From: Candidatus Bathyarchaeota archaeon
Lineage (GTDB): Archaea; Thermoproteota; Bathyarchaeia; TCS64
Direction: 5' to 3'
NCBI GenBank assembly: GCA_963771885.1
Contig: CAVYVF010000023.1
Span: 800,001-864,000, forward strand
DNA length: 64,000 nucleotides
The position numbers were made by a program, and so were the translations under genes. Each line of letters starts with the position of its first letter. Position 1 is the first letter of the stretch. Below the pieces are notes generated by a model. It saw only the letters and a list, made by a program, of their open reading frames with translations. It was not told the DNA's origin and did not search any database. Positions 59,003 to 64,000 of this stretch are shown here, piece after piece.

Positions 59003-59321
59003 AGGAATCACGGCTCTGAATACGCTTCTCATAGACGATTATAAAAGAAATTCCTCGAAACATTGCGTATGCGACAAACTGCGAAAGGGCTCCGTATATT
59101 GAGGCGTATGGTGAACCATTAACCGAAACAGTATAAAAACTACCTGTATAACTCCGACATTTGACTTTTCCATACAAACATCTAGTGCTACAGTGATCAT
59201 CGCATTGCTCGGATGATGTAAAACAGGATAGCCTAAACCCGGAAAGATAACCCGCCTGATAAAATGGTAATTGAAACATCTATCCAATCGACGCAGCATC
59301 TACACTTCAGAGGTATAGGGC

Positions 59322-59945
59322 ATGTCATTCGATAAAAGGTGGGCAGGCTCAGATTCCCCGCCCCTTGGCAAGGCACTTAAGGATATGATTAATCCCCCGG
59401 GTGCGCTCAAGCCGCGCATGGAATACGCCACGAAGCGGATACAGACGCAGGTCCAGAAGCTGGACCGCGAGTCCCAGCGCATGGCCGAGAGGGACAAGAG
59501 TCTCTTTGCCAAGGTCGTCGATGCCTACCAGAAGCACGACACCCCACATGCAAACATCTACGCAAGGGAACTCGCCGAGCTCCGGAAAATGCAGAAGACG
59601 ATACTCAACGCGAAACTCGCCCTCGACCAGATAATGATGCGCATTGAGGCGGTGAGCGAGCTAGGTGACATCGCTTACACGTTGCTGCCCGTAATCGGCG
59701 TCATGCGCGACGTCATGATTGGGATGTCAAGTGTCAACCCCCAGATAGCCAAGGAAATGGGTGAGATCAGCAACATCCTCAGCGGTATAGTAATGGATGC
59801 TGGGGCGACAGGTGGCATGACCCTCAACTTCGAGTCTGCGAATGAGGACTCCGCCAAGATAATGGAGGAGGCCGCTAGCGTCGCAGAGTCTAGGATGAAG
59901 GACACCTTCCCCGAACTACCTAAGGACGGCAGACTCCCTACCTAG
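59322..59945 (+). CDS. ESCRT-III/Snf7 protein (CdvB1/2-like)
   Basis: ERDKSLFAKVV, ANIYARELAELRK, LALDQI..RIE.V.ELGD, KIMEEA, FPELP. Confidence 0.9.
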   Translation: MSFDKRWAGSDSPPLGKALKDMINPPGALKPRMEYATKRIQTQVQKLDRESQRMAERDKSLFAKVVDAYQKHDTPHANIYARELAELRKMQKTILNAKLALDQIMMRIEAVSELGDIAYTLLPVIGVMRDVMIGMSSVNPQIAKEMGEISNILSGIVMDAGATGGMTLNFESANEDSAKIMEEAASVAESRMKDTFPELPKDGRLPT

Positions 59946-59975
59946 GCAACCATTTTATCCGCCGAGGCGCAGCCG

Positions 59976-60662
59976 TTGGTGAGCCAGTTGAAGGTATCGA
60001 TAAGCCTCGGCGGAAGCCTCCTCACCCGCACCATGGACGCCGCTTCCTATAGCCAATACGCGGACGTCCTCAGACGCTTACACGATGGGGGGCACACGGT
60101 TGTCGTTACCTGTGGAGGCGGCAGACCCGCCCGCCAATACATCTCGATAGCCAAGGATTTGAACTCCTCACGGAGTCTCCAGGACAACCTGGGGATACTG
60201 GCGACACACGTCAACGCCCTCCTACTCATTGCTGCGCTAGGCGACGCCGCAGATCCGCGGGTGCACCGCAGAGCCGATGAGGTGAGGCGCCACCTCGGTG
60301 AAAGGATACTAGTAGGCGGAGGCCACAAGCCGGGAAGCAGCACAGACTACAGGGCTGTGATATTCGCTGAAGCGATCTGCGCGGACCTGATTATCAACGC
60401 CACCGACGTCCCCGGTATCTACGATAAGAACCCCAAGACCAACCCAGACGCCCGCAAACTTGATACACTTAGCTACGCGGAACTTGAGATAATAGTCAAG
60501 GCGAACACTCGTCAGGCACCGGGCGAGTATGGACTTTTTGACCTTAAGGCGGTCGGGCTCGCTGGAAGGCTTGGCATACCCCTCATCTTCGTCGATGGCA
60601 CAGACCCTGAGGAGATAATAAGAGCGGTTACGGGTGGGCATCATGGCTCGACGGTCCGCTGA
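59976..60662 (+). CDS. pyrH: UMP kinase, archaeal type
   Basis: ISLGGS, GGGRPARQYI, LGILATHVNA, PGSSTD, NATDVPGIYDKNP. Confidence 0.92.
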   Translation: MVSQLKVSISLGGSLLTRTMDAASYSQYADVLRRLHDGGHTVVVTCGGGRPARQYISIAKDLNSSRSLQDNLGILATHVNALLLIAALGDAADPRVHRRADEVRRHLGERILVGGGHKPGSSTDYRAVIFAEAICADLIINATDVPGIYDKNPKTNPDARKLDTLSYAELEIIVKANTRQAPGEYGLFDLKAVGLAGRLGIPLIFVDGTDPEEIIRAVTGGHHGSTVR

Positions 60663-60880
60663 GCCGTCGGTTAAACTGAGAAACGGTACTTAAATTACTG
60701 TTAATCCCGTTCATCGACCAAGAAAAAATGGTTATTATCGGTTCAGACTGAAAACACTAAAGATAGATGAAACGAAGTCTAAACTACCCATTTTCATTGG
60801 AAGGGTGCTGAAGCAACCATCAAGACAAGGTAACCTATATATGGCGTGATCCATAGAAGGTGCGTCGAGGCCGAGGAAAC

Positions 60881-62130
60881 ATGAGTGGAAACGCCCCCCT
60901 AGACAGGCTACGCGCGCAGAGGATGCTTGAGCAGCTCGAGAACCTGCAGGGGCGTGGCACCGAGCTCGTCAGCGTCTACGTACCCCCTGGCAAGCAGGTC
61001 TCTGAGGTCATGAATGACCTCGAAACGAGTGGGGCACCGCAGTAAACATCAAGTCTAAGACGACGCGAAAGAACGTGCAGGACGCCTTCACGAAGGTCAT
61101 GGAGCGCCTCAAGCTCTTCAAGACCATACCCCCCACCGGTGTGGCCATATTCGCGGGCAACATCGCGAGCAACCAGCTCGGCGTTGGTGACATGCAGACC
61201 TTCGTCATCGTCCCCCCCGAGCCCATCAGCATCTACTACTACCGCTGCGAGCACCAGTTCCTGCTCGATCCACTATTCAACATGCTCGCCGCCAAGGACA
61301 TCTACGGCCTCGTCGTCATAGACTCTAAGGACGCTATCTTCGGCTTCCTCAAGGGCAATCGAACCGAAATTATAAAGCAATACAGCAGCGGGGTTCAGGG
61401 CAAGACGCGCGCTGGAGGCCAGTCGAGCCGGCGCTACGAGCGCCTTCGGGACATGCATCTTAACGAGTGGTATATACGACTCGGCGGCTATTTCACCGAG
61501 CACTTCCGTGGTGTCCCCGGTCTAAAGGGTATGATCGTCGGTGGTCCCGGCCCCACGAAGGAGGACTTCATTAACGGTAATTATCTCCACTACGAGCTCA
61601 AGGACAAGGTGCTCGCCCAAATCGACACCGGCTATACGGGGCCTGAGGGCATAAAGGAGCTCGTCAACCGCAGCCGTGACATTATGAAGGACGCCCGCTA
61701 CTACGAGGAGCGTAAGAACGTCCAGGAGTTCCTCAAGCACCTCGGTGCTGACGACGGCCTTGGAACATATGGTGAGCAGGAGATATTCCAGGCGCTCAAG
61801 GGGCAGAACGTCCAGCTCCTCCTCATAAGCGAGAACGTCCGTCGGACCCTATTCAGGCTCAAGTGCAAGGCGTGCGGTCACGTGGAGAACAAGGTAGTCG
61901 ACAACGACAAGGCCGTCGATTTCGAGTCCAACCTCTCCTCATTCAAGTGCTTAAAGTGCGGCGGTGAAGTCGAGCTTCTTGAGAAGAAGGACCTCATCGA
62001 GGCGCTCATCGAGATGGCGGAGGTGGCGAACGCGCGCGCTGAGCTCATCTCCGGCAACACGGAGGAGGGTGACATGCTCCTCCGCAGTTTCGGAGGCCTA
62101 GCCGCGGTGACGAACTACCGGACCTTCTAG
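60881..62130 (+). CDS. prf1: Peptide chain release factor aRF1; one-base frameshift near 61020
   Basis: GRGTELVSVYVPP; continues EWGTAVNIKS (NIKS), YRC and AGGQS in the next frame. Confidence 0.95.
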
Positions 62131-62624
62131 CCCTTTCTCTTCTTCAGGTAAACGTCTATTACTGGATCTACACACTCCCATTCCCCGTCCTCGGCAAGGA
62201 CTTGCCTATCCTCTTCAGAGGTCGGTACGGTTTCGAAGCTGCATCCCTCGTCCCCAAGTATCATGTTCTTTGTATGTATCATCTTCTTCGAGGGGTCGGT
62301 GGCCATTGTCTTTGCGGGGTCAATTAGGCAGTAGAGGGCGCCGAGTTCAGGCTCGCCTAACTCCATCATTACCTTGCCTAGCTCGCATAGCTCCGGTTTG
62401 CCCTCCCTGCGCTCCCAGAAGCCGTACCGTGGGAGCCCCTGGTGACCTGCCGCTGTCCAGTTAGCGACGTTGACTCCGTACTTCTTTATCGACTTGAGTA
62501 TCAGTCTCTTTCCCTCTTCCCAGCCAAACTCGTCTACGAGTGTCCGGGCGTAGGAGAGGTGTAACAGCGCGAGGCGCTGGGTGACGACCTTGACCTCGTT
62601 CTCCGCCTCGTTCAGCGGTACCAT
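62127..62624 (-). CDS. ATC-hydrolase-like (V4R-like) protein
   Basis: RLALLHLSYARTLVDEFG, CEL, LGALYCLIDPAK, GDEGCSF. Confidence 0.75.
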   Translation of the reverse strand: MVPLNEAENEVKVVTQRLALLHLSYARTLVDEFGWEEGKRLILKSIKKYGVNVANWTAAGHQGLPRYGFWERREGKPELCELGKVMMELGEPELGALYCLIDPAKTMATDPSKKMIHTKNMILGDEGCSFETVPTSEEDRQVLAEDGEWECVDPVIDVYLKKRKG

Positions 62625-62676
62625 CTTCTCGGGCAACTTGATCGATCGACCCTGTGGACTGGGGCAATAAAATGGT

Positions 62677-64000
62677 TTAGCCTGCGGGGGTGGGTATCCA
62701 CCACTCCTCACCACGCTCCGTGGTGATGTACTCGGGCCACCTCATGTCGACGGGGGCCTTGAAGTCCTTCGGGAGCAATGGTGGGACCCACTTGGAGCCG
62801 CCTATGCCTCCGCCTGTCCTCTCCTCGAACTCCTTCCTGCACTGGGCCAGCTCCGCCGGCTTAGTGAGGAGGTCCACCAGGGTCGCCCCGATCACCTTGC
62901 CTCCGGTGAATATCATGGGGTCGATCGTGGCGGGATAACCAGCCATGGCGTTGCCCGCCCAGTGGGGGTATGAGTATCCGGGTTTAGGTGCCTTGAGTAC
63001 GGCCTTCGCCGTGAACATCCTTACGGACGGGCTGTGCCAGGTGTAGTCGACGTAGTCGTCGGCGCCGAAGTGCATCTGCCATGGCTCAAGTGTCTTCCTC
63101 TGCTCCGCCTCGTAGTCGGCGGGAGCTATTAGCTTCTGGCACGCCTCGGTGAATGGGTCCTCCATGGGTTCGAGGCCGAGGCTCTCCTGTATCTGGCGGC
63201 CGAACTTTTTCGCTTTGTCCCCGTACTTGGTTGGTCCCACGATCTCGTGGTTAGAGTAAGTTATGTCCGTCAATGCGTTGTTGGGTAGGCCGACGCGTGT
63301 CTTCGTCACCCACCTAGTTGTGAGCTTGCAGAAGGCTATCTCGGCGACGTGCTTGGCGTTGTTCTCGAGCACGTCGTATATCTGTTGCGCCATGGCGAGG
63401 GTGGGCGTCCTCCAGGCGTACTGTATCTGCCCAATTCTAGGCGGTAGGTTGTCGCTGGTGCACTGTCCCGCTACCATGACGAACTCGTTCAGCGTCCAGT
63501 AGCCGCCATGGGGGAGCATCGCCTCCTTCGTGTACTTGGTCGTCGTGTACATGAGGCAGATTGCGTCAAGGGCTGCTGGGCACCTCCCGCCCGCGTGCCC
63601 TCCAACCTTCATCGGCCCCATCGGTTTGAACCACTTCTCTGGCTCCAGACACTCGAAGGTGAAGACTACGCTCCAGTAAGCGCCCATCTGCGTCTCCTTG
63701 AGCGCCGTGTTGACAAATGACGGGTGGTAGCAGATGGAGGCGTCGTGGTCGTCGAAGTAGCCCCACGCGGCGTGGACGGGTTTGGAGCCGCAGACCTTCT
63801 CGGCCGGCTCACCGAATATCTTGAGGGTACCCTTGAGACCATGTTTGTCCATTGCCGCTTTGGCGGCTAGGATGCCAGCGAGCGCCGTAGTGCCCAGCGC
63901 AGAGTGGGGGTCGGTGTGTCCGGCTGCCCACCTGTTCAAGCCGTCCCGGGGTTCTTGCCTCGGCACGGGCTTCTGTGAAGTGCCAGGCACAGCGTCATAC
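62677..64000 (-). CDS. M20 amidohydrolase (AbgB-like), 5' end outside the window
   Basis: YDAVPG, GHTDPHS, GEPAEK, YHP, ADDYVDYTWHSP. Confidence 0.85.
   Translation of the reverse strand, partial: YDAVPGTSQKPVPRQEPRDGLNRWAAGHTDPHSALGTTALAGILAAKAAMDKHGLKGTLKIFGEPAEKVCGSKPVHAAWGYFDDHDASICYHPSFVNTALKETQMGAYWSVVFTFECLEPEKWFKPMGPMKVGGHAGGRCPAALDAICLMYTTTKYTKEAMLPHGGYWTLNEFVMVAGQCTSDNLPPRIGQIQYAWRTPTLAMAQQIYDVLENNAKHVAEIAFCKLTTRWVTKTRVGLPNNALTDITYSNHEIVGPTKYGDKAKKFGRQIQESLGLEPMEDPFTEACQKLIAPADYEAEQRKTLEPWQMHFGADDYVDYTWHSPSVRMFTAKAVLKAPKPGYSYPHWAGNAMAGYPATIDPMIFTGGKVIGATLVDLLTKPAELAQCRKEFEERTGGGIGGSKWVPPLLPKDFKAPVDMRWPEYITTERGEEWWIPTPAG

Noticed and set aside
59212..59260. Possible C/D box sRNA between mtd and cdvB
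   Set aside because: Box C is imperfect (ATGATGT), there is no clear C'/D' pair and no target was identified
60720..60825. Hammerhead-like or structured RNA before aRF1 (CTGA...GAAAC; ATGGTT/AACCAT ends)
   Set aside because: The CUGANGA core is absent and the stems are short and mutually exclusive
1..64000. CRISPR arrays, IS elements, rRNA and the many long antisense/overlapping ORFs in the track
   Set aside because: No repeat-spacer arrays, transposases or rRNA motifs seen; the shadow ORFs are expected from high GC3 opposite real genes

Overview
GC-rich archaeal chromosomal DNA, most likely Bathyarchaeia (TACK). This is an inference from the co-occurrence of eS30, eL38, SmAP3-type Lsm, ESCRT-III/CdvB, Alba, Cbf5, aRF1, MBF1 and split archaeosine TGT with F420-dependent Mtd and many peptidases/hydrolases. 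The window holds about 75 genes and tRNA-Gln(UUG). I found no CRISPR array, integrase or transposase. Several genes, including essential aRF1, carry single-base indels, which points to consensus errors rather than real pseudogenes. Most notable observations: (1) a stand-alone CARF-like/winged-helix regulator divergent from an nrdH-nrdD class III RNR operon, with candidate palindromic operators, possibly an archaeal NrdR analogue; (2) an eS30 gene missed by the ORF track, with an ATA start behind a strong SD and a ~180-nt structured leader; (3) a three-hairpin leader before a beta-CASP RNase; (4) a DASS transporter / DtnK-like kinase / PdxA2 / LarA-domain cluster suggesting tetronate catabolism with an epimerase; (5) tandem Lrp genes next to amt without GlnK; (6) a PadR gene with a near-perfect operator over its TATA box. 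All family assignments come from motif recognition by eye, not database searches.
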